A stretch of DNA of 64,000 nucleotides from Epiperipatus broadwayi (lineage: Eukaryota > Animalia > Onychophora). Positions within the stretch are counted from its first letter, which is position 1. Each line of letters starts with the position of its first letter. Below the pieces are notes generated by a model. That model searched no databases, was not told the DNA's origin, and was given only the letters and a program-made list of their open reading frames with translations. The DNA lies in the NCBI GenBank assembly GCA_028023455.1, contig JAQFVV010000003.1:7874001-7938000 (forward strand). Reading direction: 5' to 3'. Positions 42,000 to 55,660 of this stretch are shown here, piece after piece. The position numbers and the translations under genes are program-made.

Positions 42000-44900
42000 T
42001 TTTAGGCGGCAGGTGGCACGTTGAGAACTTTAGAGGCATGTAAACTATCAGAGGAGCAGATTGTAGAAATGGCATGCAGAAAGTTACCCAATAAAATTAG
42101 GTGGATGCTGGGAAAAAGAGGAGAAAGATCAGTGATGACAATTGATAAAATGTTGAGCCAACTAGAAATAGATGCAGAAAGAAGACAGATAGAGGAGCAT
42201 AAGGTTAGGTCCAAAGGAGACACAAACACTAATAAGCAGGGGGCAAAAAGAATAGGAAATTTAATATGTTCTTGGGAAGACCGGGTTCCGGGATATGCAC
42301 ACCAGACATGCCCCATCATCCCTATAAAGATAGGTTCAATGGATGTTGAAGCACTCATGGATTTGGGCAGACAGGTCTCAGTAGTAGTGGAGAGATTATA
42401 CCATCAAATTAGAAGAAACAACCAGATATACTGACTCTCCCTCTAAAAATAGTTCACATAGCAATGGCAGACAAATGGAGAGCTAAAGTAGAGCTGAAAC
42501 AGATATGGATAGATCTAAAAATCAATGGAAGGAGCTATCCACATATGTTCCTTGTAATGAAAGGTTTAGTACATGAGGCCTTGTTGGGATCAGATATTCT
42601 AAATAGGTACAAATGTAACTTTGACTATGAGAGGGGTCAGGTCACGTGTGAGGGTGAAGGGATACGTTTTCTTGCAGAGGAACCGCAATGGTCAATAGGA
42701 ATGATACATCTGGAGGAAAAGATCCTGGTGAAACTCAAAGATAATGAGATAGATGGAATGAAAGTAAAAGGAAAAGTTCAAGATAATTCATTACAACAAA
42801 CATTGACGAAGTATCACAAAGTCTTTTCAGACAAGCCAGGAGTTATCCCAGGGTTTGAGCAGAGAATTAGGGTGAGAGATGGGCAGACATTCAAAGCTAG
42901 ATCATATCCCATTCCGCACCAATACCGAAAGGAAGTGAAGGAGCAAATAGATCAGATGCTGGAGTGGGGAATTATATCAAAATGCTCATCGGCATATTGC
43001 AACCTGATGGTGGTAGTTAAAAAGAAGGATGGGTCTGTTAGACTGTGTCTCGATGCTCAACAGTTAAATAAAGTGACTGTACCAGACTGTAATGTACCAC
43101 CTCCAATGCAAGAATTACCGAGGAAGTTCCAAGGAAAAAAGGTATCTTCGACTTAACCGCCAGTTATTGGCAAATTAAGTTACATCCAGACGACTGCCAA
43201 TACACATCATTCAGATATGAAGGCCATTCATATCAATTTAACAGGATCAGGTGCTTGGATCAGGTGCTATCCTCAGAGATAAAGGACATGGTCATGATTT
43301 ACATCGATGACATGCTGATAGCCTCAACTGATATTCAGGAACACATACGGGAAATAGGACTATTTCTAGAGGAATGTGGAAAAAAGGGCATAAAAATAAA
43401 TATCAAGAAGAGCACACTGTGTCAGAAAGAAGTGGTTTTTCTTGGGCACATGGTGGGAGCTCAGGGACTCAACCACACCCAGACAAGATCTCAGCTATTT
43501 GCGACTTTCCAAGGCCTAGATCCAAGAAGTAGGTCCGATCATTTCTGGGCCTGTGTACATTCTACAACCGTTTTCAAGACCGGTTTGCAGAATGAAGGGA
43601 ACCATTGGTGAAGTTATTAAAAAAGGGTAGTGAGTGGAAGTGGATGGAAGAACAGGACCAAGCATTCCAAAGAGTGAAAACCGGTTTCTTGGAGCAGGTT
43701 ATGCTAGCCTTTCCTGACTTTTCAAAGCCATTCATAGTTCAGACAGATAGCAGTGGATATGGTTTTGGAGTGACTTTAGCTTAAGAGCAAGAAGATGGCA
43801 AAATGGGTGTATTATATTTTCTTAGCAGGCTACTCAAGGGCCCTGAGGTACATTATACAACCACTGAGAAAGAGGCATTGACCATTGTGTGGGCCTTTCA
43901 GAAGTTTCGCATAGTTACTGGGCTTGGAGGTCATCATGGTTACCGACCACAAAAGTCTGAAATTTATCAACCACAGCTACCTCACTAACAGCAGATTAGT
44001 ATGTTGGAGCTCCAAGAATACAACTATACAGTGAGGTATTGTAAAGGGTCTGACAATGAGGTAGCTGATGCTCTCAGCCACAATCCAGTGAACAATCAAT
44101 CACATCATCTGTGTACTCAGAATCTGTATATAGCAAGCATAGGGTTGCGAACAGATGAGGGACTTGAAAGCGATTTGAGGCACCTGGAGTACTTTCAGAG
44201 AGAAGACCAACAACTACAACCCGTCATTGACCAATTGGAGGGGAAAGAAGCTAAATTAATGGGGGGTTGGTCCAGGCAGGATATTCAGAAATTTCAGCTG
44301 GAGCAAGGTGTGCTACAATATAGAGTTAAGGAAAATACAGAGGAGTGGAGATCCGTCATCCCATGGTATATGAGGACCGCAGTGGTGGAACACATGCACT
44401 GCAGGTCTGGCCACTATGAAATAATGAAAACCGAAGGGTGGATTAGGAGATGGTTCTACTGGCCAGGCATGCATGGCAAAGTTGCAGCTGTTATTGGCAA
44501 TGCGAAATTTGCCAGAGGGTTAAGCCAGCAAATAGGAAATATACTGCTCCGATGTTGTCCATGATCCCCAGAGAACCTAAGGAAATGGTTGCTGCAGCTG
44601 TTATTGGCAATGCGAAATTTGCCAGAGGGTTAAGCCAGCAAATAGGAAATATACTGCTCCGATGTTGTCCATGATCCCCAGAGAACCTAAGGAAATGGTT
44701 GCAATTGATTTTTATGGCCCACTTCCTGCCTTCAATAAAAAGAAATACCTCTTGGTTGTTTATGACTTATTCTCCAAACTAGTGTCTGCATATCCCATCC
44801 CACAAGCCAACGTGAGGAACACCATATGCGTGTTGGAAAAGGAAATATTCCTTCGGTGGGAAAACCGCGAACTATCATATCCGATCATGGGACCCATTTG

Positions 44901-45502
44901 TCTCAAAGGAATGGGCAAGATGGACTGAACGAGTGAAAATAGGACATGTGCTAACCTTGATCAGGAACCCTCAGTCCAAACCCTGTGAAAGAATGATGCG
45001 GGAATTGGGTAGGTTGTTCCGTACTTATGTCCAAGCAGACCATAGGTGGGTTAAACATCTGCCGGACATTTTAAACTATATGAACTGGGCAGTGAAAGAA
45101 TCTACTGGGTTCACTCCAATACATTTGCATTTTGGGAAACATGCACCCAGGTTATTCAAAACTGAGTTTCCAGGAATGGAAGAACCACCTATTGATATAG
45201 AAAATGATAGACAGCAAGCATACCAATCGATGGTTCATAGAAGCATACAACGAAAAGATGGTTTCAAGAGTTCCTCTCGTTCCTTTAAGGTGGGAGACCA
45301 AGTAATGGTGAGGTCCCCCCATGTAAGTGAACCCGAAAAGTTTATTTGCAAAAAGTTTTGCAATCTATATGAGGGCCTGTTTACGATAACAAAGAGTCAA
45401 GAGAAACATGCATTTTGGGTGGATACCGGGCAGGAAGTAAGGGGGTCATACAATGCTAGGTCACTCAAGCCCTTTGCAAATCCAGAGAGGGACAAAGGAT
45501 AG
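42000..45502 (+). pseudogene. pol: 5'-truncated Ty3/Gypsy element (Gypsy-2): gag end plus PR-RT-RNase H-IN, disrupted
   Basis: ALMDLGRQVS; SAYCNLMVVVKKKDGSVRLCLD; YIDD (~43299); QTDSSGYG; HYTTTEKEAL; H..SGHY..WFYWPGM; IDFYGPLP; PQSKPCERMMRELGR. No 5' LTR seen. Confidence 0.92.
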
Positions 45503-45560
45503 AAAGAGGCGTTTAAGAAGCCATTCAAATACACAGAGGGTATTTGAAGGCTATTGCACC

Positions 45561-47300
45561 AGGGGGTATGTAACAATAGCTGGGTTCGAATACAGGTTTA
45601 ATTGCCAGTGTTGTTGCAAGGTAAATAGGTCGAAGCAGTAAAAATTTACAATAGTCATTCAAACCCTGTTACACAAGAGTATGAATGAGTATGTTAATCA
45701 ATTAAAGGTATGAATGTATATATATTTGCTGTATGTGTTAATATAATGGGTGAAAATTACTAATATATTTATATGTGAGAATGTAGAGAAGCGATTATAT
45801 GTAGAGTTGCGTTATATTTTTTATTTATTTGTGTTTTAAATAGATATTTCATTTATTAATATCGTAAGATAGATTTAGATGCCAGTGATAACACATGTTT
45901 TTTAATCAAAACCTATTCAACATATAAGGCTGGAAAATAATCAATAGAATGGAAAGTTGTGCTGTGGGCAGTTCCAGTTAATGATTGTCCACCGGAATTC
46001 TTAGAACTGGTCGAGCGTATTTTTAGAACAATGAAAGAAAAAGCATTCTTGAGATCGGACCATTGGCATAAGAATAGAAAGGAAAAGTGAAGTTAAAGAG
46101 CACTAAAGAATAGAACTATTTTTGTTCTCAGTGATTTTACTAGTGATTTTAAAAATTAAAAAAAGCAGTGAAGTAATATAGAAAAGCAGAGAAAGACGTA
46201 TAAACTGATCAACCGAATTATTAATTAAGAATTTTATTCATAATGTACTCCGTATACATGCGGGGGTAAAAATAATCATCTAGGTTCATCAGACCACTCA
46301 ATGGACAGCTATTGTGGAACCCACCTGAACTTTATTTATGGATTTTCCGTTTAGTCGACCAAGCATAATGGCCACGGAACTCTCTAACAACCAGATCCTC
46401 TTACAATTAAGCCAAACTCATCTACTTTTCTAATAGGGATTGTTTTTAGCCAGAATATTTCAGAGTTTATCACTATCATTCGGACCAGTGACTTTCGTTA
46501 AAATCAACATATTCTCTACACTGTAAGCTTACAGATTATTAGCCTCAGCCATGTGAACATTCGCTCTTAAGAGGTAACTTTGATCTTTTCTTAATCTGCC
46601 TTAAATGAACATTTAATAATGGCTAAAGAAACATGTGTTATTTCAATTTAAATAAAGTAAATTAATAATTTATTAAAATGTTTAAAAAAATGCAACTCTG
46701 ACGTGTAATCACACACTTTCGTTAATATGTGTATGAATTATATATGTATATGTAATGGAATAAATGAATTATATGTTTAAGATATTAATATATATGTGTG
46801 CGTGCTAATAAATTTTAGAATTAATTACCACTTATATATATTATTTACATTCTGGGTTTCTGTTGACTGATTGGCTAATAAATCTTAGAATTAATTACCA
46901 CTTATATATATTATTTACATTCTGGGTTTCTGTTGACTGATGGGCTATTGTAATAGGATTGGATTTAGATAGAAATTATATTTAGAGATATAAGGCATCT
47001 CTTAATGAGATCATCCATAGCTTTGTTCTCCCGATAAACATTGTTTTCCCAGACCCTCGAGAGGAGCTAATTAGGATAAAATACCCAAAGAGTATCCATT
47101 GGAACTTTTGTTTGCACTTTCGAGATGTATAATTCTTATTAATGGATAAGATTGGCACTTGAGAGGGGCTTCTGCCTTTGCTCATAAATATACGTGCTCG
47201 AAGCTTAGGGTAATAGCTACTTATACACACTAAATTCTTTGAACAAGATTGTGGGTAGAATGTTAAAATGGCTGCCCGGTGTGTGGCGTGATATTCAAAT
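45561..47300 (+). repeat. PPT and probable 3' LTR of Gypsy-2 (right end uncertain)
   Basis: agggggta followed by TGTAAC at 45569, just after the IN stop. Downstream sequence is richer in GC and CpG until ~47300. No second LTR is available to fix the end. Confidence 0.45.
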
Positions 47301-47329
47301 ACCATGTAGTGCTTAATATATATATATAT

Positions 47330-47737
47330 AAAATAAATCATAGATATAATAAAATATCTTTACTAACAACAAAATGATATATAACAATAGCTGTAATATA
47401 GTCATATAATCATCACAAATAAAACATATAAAAGCTCTTTTCAGAAAATTTTAAATTTTTGCCCTTTTCAATATGGCTTAATTACAAAAATAACCTATAC
47501 TGCATACATAGATGTATGCAGTATAGGTTATTTTTGTAATTAAGCCATATTGAAAAGGGCAATGCAGTATAGGTTATTTTTGTAATTAAGCCATATTGAA
47601 AAGGGCAAAAATTTAAAATTTGCCAAAAAGAGCTTTTATATGTTTTATTTGTGATGATTATATGACTATATTACAGTTATTGTTATATATCATTTTGTTG
47701 TTAGTAAAGATATTTTATTATATCTATGATTTATTTT
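47330..47737. repeat. Near-perfect ~180-bp-arm palindrome with a 2-nt loop and a 45-bp tandem duplication in the right arm
   Basis: Centre tgcatacat-AG-atgtatgca (47501-47520); arms match out to aaaataaatcatag / ctatgatttatttt with few mismatches. Confidence 0.95.
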
Positions 47738-47780
47738 TAATTTGAATAAGCAACATAAAGGATTTATTCCTTGTATTTGT

Positions 47781-47783
47781 CTT

Positions 47784-47844
<61 letters not shown>
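47781..47844. repeat. (TA)n microsatellite, interrupted
   Basis: Direct reading; immediately precedes the SRCR exon acceptor. Confidence 0.95.
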
Positions 47845-47845
<1 letters not shown>

Positions 47846-47849
47846 TTAG

Positions 47850-48156
47850 TGCAATGATATTAAAGGAGTAAGACTGGGTGAGAACCACACAATCAGTAGC
47901 GGTCCTCTTCTAATATCAAATGGAGTATTTTGGGAACGTGTATGTGAAAAAAACTTTAATGACAATACAGCTTCTGTTATTTGTCATCAATTAGGTTATC
48001 GTTATCATGGTGATGCAATATCTTCATATCAATTGCCAAAGAATGAACTTGGATATAGTGAATTTCAGTGTGATGGAGATGAAGAGAATCTGCAGAAGTG
48101 TTCTTATAGCCATGGACCATGTAATGAAAATAGATGGGTTCACTTAACCTGTGATG
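47850..48156 (+). CDS. SRCR-ZP gene exon 2: SRCR domain (six domain cysteines)
   Basis: ttAG|TGC...GAT G|GTAACT; open frame CNDIKGVRLGENHTISSGPLLISNGVFWERVCEKNFNDNTASVICHQLGY...FQCDGDEENLQKC...C...VHLTCD; phase 0 in, phase 1 out. Confidence 0.93.
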
Positions 48157-50143
48157 GTAACTATTTTAATAATTTAATATTTTATATTATAAATTTAAAA
48201 TAAATTTATTTTTCTATATAGAAGAAAATTAAAATGTAAAGGCAATTCATTGATAAAATTTCAGCCACAGCTGCAGTAAATAATCTCTAACAAGAATAGA
48301 ACAAATGTTAAACTTTTATATATAAAACACATCTAGACTGTAAGGGCTTAATGGAAATGCCATTTTTGTAGTCACATTGTTGATCAATGACATATCTTAA
48401 TAAGACTTCTCTGGGCAACAGCAAAATTTTTCTGAATTTTTAAATTTAAGATTTTTCCATACTTGCTATTATGATTTTTGTCATTAATCTACATAAAGCA
48501 TTAATTGGTCAGAAATATGCAAATTATGAAGTGAGGCATACATGGCTTAAAATATCAGCTAAATTTCCCCCCTCTAATGGAGTAAAATAATATGTAAATC
48601 ATTGCTCCATAATAAAACAGGAATAAATATGAGTTAAAAAATAAATTGCTTTTCCCTTTTGACTTCCTTTATTCATAAGAAATATAATTAATAATGACAA
48701 ATCACTTAATTCTTTAGCTTACACAATATGTGACAAACAAACACAGCACTATTTTAGTGCCATCTATAATAAGCTTCAGCAATCATATGATTTTAGCATT
48801 CAAACAACCATCCCCAGATCAGTTTCTAGTTTTTATTGTTATCTATGAAGTTTAGGAATCAAAACGGAAAGTAATGCAATTATGAATAACTTAATTATGC
48901 TATTCAAAATAGAAGTCTCAAATTCACACTAAATTAGTCACAAGTTTTTCAGAGTGATAAGAAATATCTAAGTTGATTATTTGTTGTTTATATTAAATGA
49001 AGCTTTGTTGGCTATCACACCTAATATGAATGTAAATTTAACCCTAAACTAAATCACAAGTCAGAAAGCTCATTTCTTTAACATATAAAATTGCAAGAAT
49101 TAGTCTTGCACGTATTTTGACAAAGAGGGGATGGTATAATTCTACATTAAAGATTAAATTATCTAAGTAATAAAGAACTACAATTGATTTCCTGAAATAT
49201 GTATCAACATTTTCCACATATAATAGGTATAATTTTTTTAAAAAAGATTGCAATCATTCAAATTACTTATTCATAAATATAGTCCAAGATATATTGTAAA
49301 AATATAAACATCTCCCATGATGCTTATTGGTTTAATCAAAATGCCACATACAAATTATGTAAGTTTTTACAATGTCTTGGATTATATATTTGAATACATA
49401 ATATTGAGAGATTATGATTTTGTTCAAGAATTACACACACATATACAGATATATATTATAACATAATGAAATGAAATATGTAATCACCTAATATGAGGAA
49501 ATGTGAATAATAATATCTGTACCTGGTCACACATTAATATGCTAATCATAATTGAATGCAGTATGCAAATTATTTGAAGCAATAAACAAAAGCCAAATAA
49601 TGAAAAGCAATTAGTAGACATTTACAATTGGATTTATATGTAACACAAAATCTGATGACCACCACCATCATCAAGTCAATTACAAGGCAAATGGAATGGC
49701 AGCAATAATTTGTGATGAAATCATCATATAAATATTGAGATCATTAAGATTATCAACTCAACTTTTATTCCTTTAATACCACGTTTGTATTGGCCATAAA
49801 GTAACTATTAATAAAACTAAAGAGTCAATTTATAATATAACTTTTAACTTTAAGCACCATCTATATAATTCTAAAGAGATAGAATCCATTTTCAGACCCA
49901 AAAGTTTAATTCAAGGGGAGACAAATATGGCAATGTTCAAAAAGGTATTCTTATAGCTGTATAAGTTTTACTTGAAATACTCTCTGAAATATTCTTAAAA
50001 ATTTTGATGCCTTCAAGCAATTGCTAACTTCATTAATAACAATCGGCTCTGATGTCTTCAAATGTTACAACACAATATTTAATTTAGTATTTAAATAACA
50101 ATATTGTAATAACTTAAAATGATGATTAATAATTAATTAATTA

Positions 50144-50364
<221 letters not shown>

Positions 50365-50489
50365 CAATCATAAAATGACAGGCATGACTTAAATAGTTAA
50401 CAAATGGATTATTAGATTTAATTATGACTTATTTACAAGTATCACAAAGATATTAATATTCTAATAGATTGACAACAAAGTAGAAATAT

Positions 50490-51110
50490 GGTTTAACAGG
50501 CAAAACTCACTATACATATTACCACTCACTGCAAGCTAGAATAATCAATGGATGCCAGAAGACTTGTGCATAACATCCCCATCTAGTGCCTATTCATCCA
50601 ATATCCCCAGACTAGTTTCTGGCTTGTGGCCTTCATCAGTGAAAAGCCTTGAATCTGAGAGCACTGCACCTAGATCTTAGGATCTAATGCAACTCGCCAG
50701 AAGCCACATTTTATCTCTACTTAACTGCAAAACCATGAGTCTTAAATTGAAAACACCTTAATATTTTCAATCCAAGCTCATTGACATATATTCATATAGG
50801 TCTGAACTCAGTTCAGTACCTATACATTTTGGGGTCTTTGGTTCTTTAATAATCATAGCCACCACTATCCTATTATGCAAAATTGCTTTTAAGCCAATAA
50901 ACATCACATGATCACCAGAAACTAGTCTGGAGATATTGGATGAGTAGGCACTAGATGGGGATTTTATGCACAAGCCTTCTGGCATCCATTGATTACTCTA
51001 GCTTGCAGTGAGTGGCAATAGGTATAGTGAGTTTTGCCTGTTTTAATAACAGTTATAAGCAAGCATAAGAAATGGGATCATGTGATGTTTATTGGCTTAA
51101 TTTGGTTTAA
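50490..51110. mobile_element. Family S fold-back locus
   Basis: Antisense arm 50490-50918 (HHR 50605-50644 on -); the sense arm starts at gaaactagtc (~50919). Confidence 0.87.
50605..50644 (-). ncRNA. Minimal type I HHR, family S
   Basis: UUUCA CUGAUGA A GGC CACAA GCC A GAAA CUAG UC/UGGGG; palindromic ACUAGU stem III, GUC cleavage triplet. Family consensus stem I is CCUCA:UGAGG. Confidence 0.78.
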
Positions 51111-51876
51111 CCATAATATTTCAAAATGTCAATAAATATTTTTACATTTTATTAATATTTTAATCATTCTAATTTTTATTTTAAGATTTATATAAGTAAC
51201 TTTTGTCTGTGTTCATTTTTTTTTCTTTATAAACATTGTATACATATGGACACACTCAATCAAGGTTATACATCTATTGTGTTATAACCATGAGGCAGTT
51301 TGTCTCAATATATACTAAGTATATATGTCTCAATATATATATATATATATATTTGTGTACATATATACTTAGTATGAGGAATTTTTATTTCCGTAAAAAA
51401 AATGCTATTTGCTTCTACTTTGCCTTTAATAGTGATTTAATTTCTAAATTTCAATGCTATATTTACATATAAGACTTTGCTAATATTTTTGTAACTTCCT
51501 ATTCTGGCATTGGGAGTGTGGGGTAGGTCAAAATAAGAATTGTGGTGATTATATATATATATTTTTTGTAAAGAAATTAGATTTTGTAGTAAATTAAGAA
51601 AAGGGCTTAAATCATGTTTTATCTGAAATGTATAAGATAGCAGATAACTAACAAGTTTTTGAGATAAACAGATAAATTTAAGAATATCATAAAACTAAAA
51701 AGTTTGGGTAAAATATGTATACATATATATATATATATATTGAAAAAAAAATAGTGAAATGATTTTGTTCTTAGAGAAATGATGACAGATATGTAGACTT
51801 TTTATCAATTATTTATAAGTGTATAAAAAAGAAACCTATCTAATGATGATTATAAGTACTATATATCTTTATTTAG

Positions 51877-52058
51877 TTGGTGGAGTAAAAGTTACATGTG
51901 ATCGTCATTCTATGACTTTAACAATTAATGTTTCCAGCATTCCTAACTTTTTCAAATCTCGACACTTTAATCTTTTGGATCCAAATTGTTTTGCTTCACC
52001 TCGTTTAGATGTGATCGAATTATCTACTAGTTATGAAGATTGTGGAACCATTTTAACA
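51877..52058 (+). CDS. SRCR-ZP gene exon 3: ZP-N first half
   Basis: tttAG|TT GGT...ACA|GTAAGT; VGGVKVTCDRHSMTLTI...LLDPNC...YEDCGTILT; phase 1 in, phase 0 out. Confidence 0.93.
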
Positions 52059-52141
52059 GTAAGTTATATAAAAATTGTATTTTTGAAGTTATTTTATTAC
52101 ATCTAGTGTGAGTCTTTAATATCATTTCTATATTTCTGTAG

Positions 52142-52344
52142 ATAACCAATGAGAGCTTCATCTATAGTAATAAAGCTTATGGTGTTGTTAATTTAGTGCA
52201 TGAATTTATCATCAGAAATAGAAACATGACATTTCCTTTTGAATGTTATTTTTCACGATCTGTTGCAGTAGGTGAAATTTCTCATCAGCAACCACAACAA
52301 CACAATCTAGAAAAACATGCAGGATATGGACATATAGAAGTCAT
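52142..52344 (+). CDS. SRCR-ZP gene exon 4: ZP-N second half and linker
   Basis: ttctgtAG|ATA...AT|GTGAGT; ITNESFIYSNKAY...MTFPFECYFSRS...GYGHIEV; phase 0 in, phase 2 out. Confidence 0.92.
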
Positions 52345-53704
52345 GTGAGTAAGAAAAAGTATATATATATTTCTATATGACTTACAAATCTAATTATTAA
52401 GTAATTTATAAGTGAAAAAGAGATTATTTTTTTATATTTTATAATATAAAAGCTGTATGAAGATTTAGTAGTGATGTTATAAAAATAATATTAGGTGGTT
52501 ATCAAATTGTTACTTAATTATATAGTATTATCAAATTAAACATTACATATCTCATCTTTCTTAAGCTGTTTTGTTTGCATTAAAACTGAAAAGGGCCCTA
52601 ATGACTTCCTCACTTGACTTCAATTTATGTAAACATTCATTCAATCAATGAATATCACATAACATCAAAATTAGTCAATTGACTTTCTTAAGTTGTACAA
52701 AATTTTTCTTTTCAACTTGAGATTGGTATGCCTATACTCATTTATAAATGGCTGCTGTATGTACTATATATATTACTAAACTTACTTAGCATTCAAAAAG
52801 CATCCATTTACTTTTATTTGAGAATGATTATCTATGGTATCCAACTAAATTAGTGATTGATGAATTTTTATCATTCAAAATTAACTCAATGACAAATATA
52901 TCCGTAAGGCAATTATTTGTTTATTATATACAAAAGTTCTCAACGATTTCACTTTATCATATTCAACCCATTCCTGCTTTATAATTCATATTGCTAAGTC
53001 ATTCTGATGACATACCTTCTGCATCTTTATATGTCTTTCACCTATAAATACTGTAATATTACTTTTTGAAGAAACAGACATTATTGTTAGCAATATAAAT
53101 AGATTTTTTACTCTCAAAAATATTTGTCCAATTACGAGTGAGTATATATAAGCAAAAATTTTCAGCAAACCATATCTTAAAAGTTACACCCAATCTTAAA
53201 ATATTGGTTTACTTCTACTATATAATATGTACAACATGATATACTTATCCTTCATGAGTAGTAATATTAAAGATAATTTGATAGCTATAATAACCCTAAA
53301 ATTTTACCTGACAAGTGAAATTTTACTGTTATTATTAATTACATAAAAAAATAGAACATCATTATTAAATGTTTTAAAATATTGTCAATTTTTAAAATTA
53401 CCTATAGGCACAGATTCATGACGCCTAATCTCTTTTGTTCTTATACTTTCAGTATATGTAAATCCTTTATTATGGCAATCTGCCAATCAAGTATTTAATA
53501 TCTTTATGTCTTCACTGATAGTTTCTATATTTGATTTTGCAAACATTTATGTTATTTCATCTGAAACATTACTTTCTATGCATTTTTTATTATTTCCAAT
53601 ATATTCTTTATAAAAAGCTGAATAATCTAGAATTTTCTGAGAATAACAATAATAAAACTAATCTATTAGTTACTGAGTTATAAGATAACAGGCAGCAACT
53701 TTTG

Positions 53705-54320
53705 TTTATATTTTAAAACAGGCAAAACTCTCCACACAGTAGTGCCACTCAGTGCAAAACAGAATGGCTTGCACTGAGTGGCATTACCATATGGAGAGTT
53801 TTGCCTGCTTTAGTAACAGTTATGAGCAAGCAAAAAAAATGGTGATCATGGGATGTTTAGTGGTTTAATACCAATCCTGCCTAATAGAATAGTGGTGGTT
53901 ATGGTTATTAAAGAACCAAAGTCACCAAAATGTACGAGTACTGAACTGAGTTCAGATATGACTATATAAGCTAATGAGCTTGGATTGAAAATATTTTTGT
54001 GTTTTCAATTTTATTCTCAATTTTGTAGTTCCATGGAGATAAAAGGTGGCTACTGGAGAGTTGCATTAGATCCTAAGATCTAGGTACAGTGCTCTCAGAT
54101 CCAAGGCTCCTCACTGACTAAAGCCACAAGCTAGAAACTAGTCTGGAGATATTGGATGAGTAGGCACTAGATAGGGATTTTATGCACAAGCCTTCTGGCA
54201 TCCATTGATTACTCTGGCTTGCGCTGAGTGACACTACTGTATGGAGAGTTTTGCCTGTTTTGGTAGCAGTTATGAGCAAGCATAAGGTATGGTGATCATG
54301 TAATGTTTAGTGTGTTGTTT
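53705..54320. mobile_element. Family S fold-back locus (~45-bp antisense arm plus ~1.2 sense units; HHR at 54109-54148)
   Basis: Hairpin caggcaaaactctcc...gcaa / ttgc...ggagagttttgcctg; ~450-bp period. HHR reads CCUCA CUGACUA A AGC CACAA GCU A GAAA CUAG UC UGGAG. Confidence 0.87.
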
Positions 54321-54563
54321 ATATAGAGAGAGATGATATCTCTCTTTCAGTTACTGAAAAACAATGATTAAAATTAGGGTCTCTTATAAAAAAAATTATA
54401 TATATTAATCTGAATAGACTGCCATTTAGAGTTCATTAATATCATCATTGTGATTTACAGAGTTGGAAAAGATATTTAAAAAGTTGTGATAATTTAATAA
54501 TATTAAAATAGTATATATAATTGTTTATTAGATGTGAATGCATAATAACCTTATTTATTTTAG

Positions 54564-54764
54564 AATACAATTTTTTAAATCATCTAATTTTTCTGAGACA
54601 TCAACTGACAAAGTGTCTGATGAAGTATTTAGTAAAAATATGATCTATTTTCAAGTATCTACGAATATCCCTGATCCTAAGATTCAGTTGATGACAGAGA
54701 CTTGTGTGGCAACACCTTCACCCAATGCCAAAGATGAAATTTCATTTAAATTTTTAGAGAATGG
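54564..54764 (+). CDS. SRCR-ZP gene exon 5: ZP-C first half
   Basis: ttattttAG|A ATA...GG|GTATGT; IQFFKSSNFS...MIYFQVS...LMTETCVATPSPNAKD...FLENG; phase 2 in, phase 2 out. Confidence 0.93.
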
Positions 54765-55401
54765 GTATGTTTTGATTTTCGTTTCATTCTTTATCATTTA
54801 AAAAATATATATTATAAAGAGTGTAAGAGGCTTCATTTTATTTTTGATCTTTAAACGTTCAGTGAATTAACATTTATCATATGTTTATAAAAAACAAGAA
54901 TAAATTATACTCAAGAGATGATATCAATGTCTCTTCATTCGAGAATATTGAACAGCCAGATGACTATATAAATAAATACCATTATAAATCTCGTCTTTCT
55001 CGTTGGAATACTTGGTTACAAAAAGAATGCTGACTCAAGAACCATTCATGAATTTTTTGTTGTAGTATTCTTGGATTATTCAGTGCTTTTCATACATCAA
55101 TTCTAAAGAGGAGAAGTACCACCACTATGTTGCATGCTGACTATAGCGTTATATGAAGTCTAAAAAAAGTAAGAAAAAGTTACAAGCAACTATCAAAGAT
55201 GATCAAAAGTTCTTACTTAGTATTGCCTAGACATTTTCTTCCAAATTTAAGCCCTAAGTTGTGCACATGGCAAACAGATTTTATTTTTGTAGCTAATCAA
55301 TAGTTAATCTATCTAGCCATTCAATTATTTGCCAATAAATTAGCACCTACATATTCTTAGCAAGACATAAAGCAAAAAAATCAAATTCCCCAAAAAGCTC
55401 A

Positions 55402-55485
55402 GTCCAAGTGGCATTTGATTAGATATATGGGTAATGTATTATGTCCAATTGGCATTTGACTAGATATATGGGTAATGTATTATGT
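55402..55485. repeat. 41-bp tandem duplication
   Basis: gtccaa.tggcatttga.tagatatatgggtaatgtattat occurs twice. Confidence 0.9.
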
Positions 55486-55549
55486 TTCACTATTTCTTAA
55501 CCTTGAAGGTATATTTTAAAGAAACCTGTTTTGAAATATTGCTTGAGGG

Positions 55550-55660
55550 TCAAGCATTGTTAGTTGAGAAGCCAGTGCAGTTGCATTGCAAGCAAGCAGT
55601 TGCTTGCAGATAGTTGTTGCAGGTTCACCTTTTGGCTGATGACATATGAAAAAAAAAAAT
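55550..55660 (+). mobile_element. Degenerate tRNA-derived SINE head, related to 26560-26645
   Basis: caagcatt.t.agttgagaag...tgcagttgc.ttgcaagc...gttgttgcaggttc...gctgatgacatatgaaaaaaa. Confidence 0.4.
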
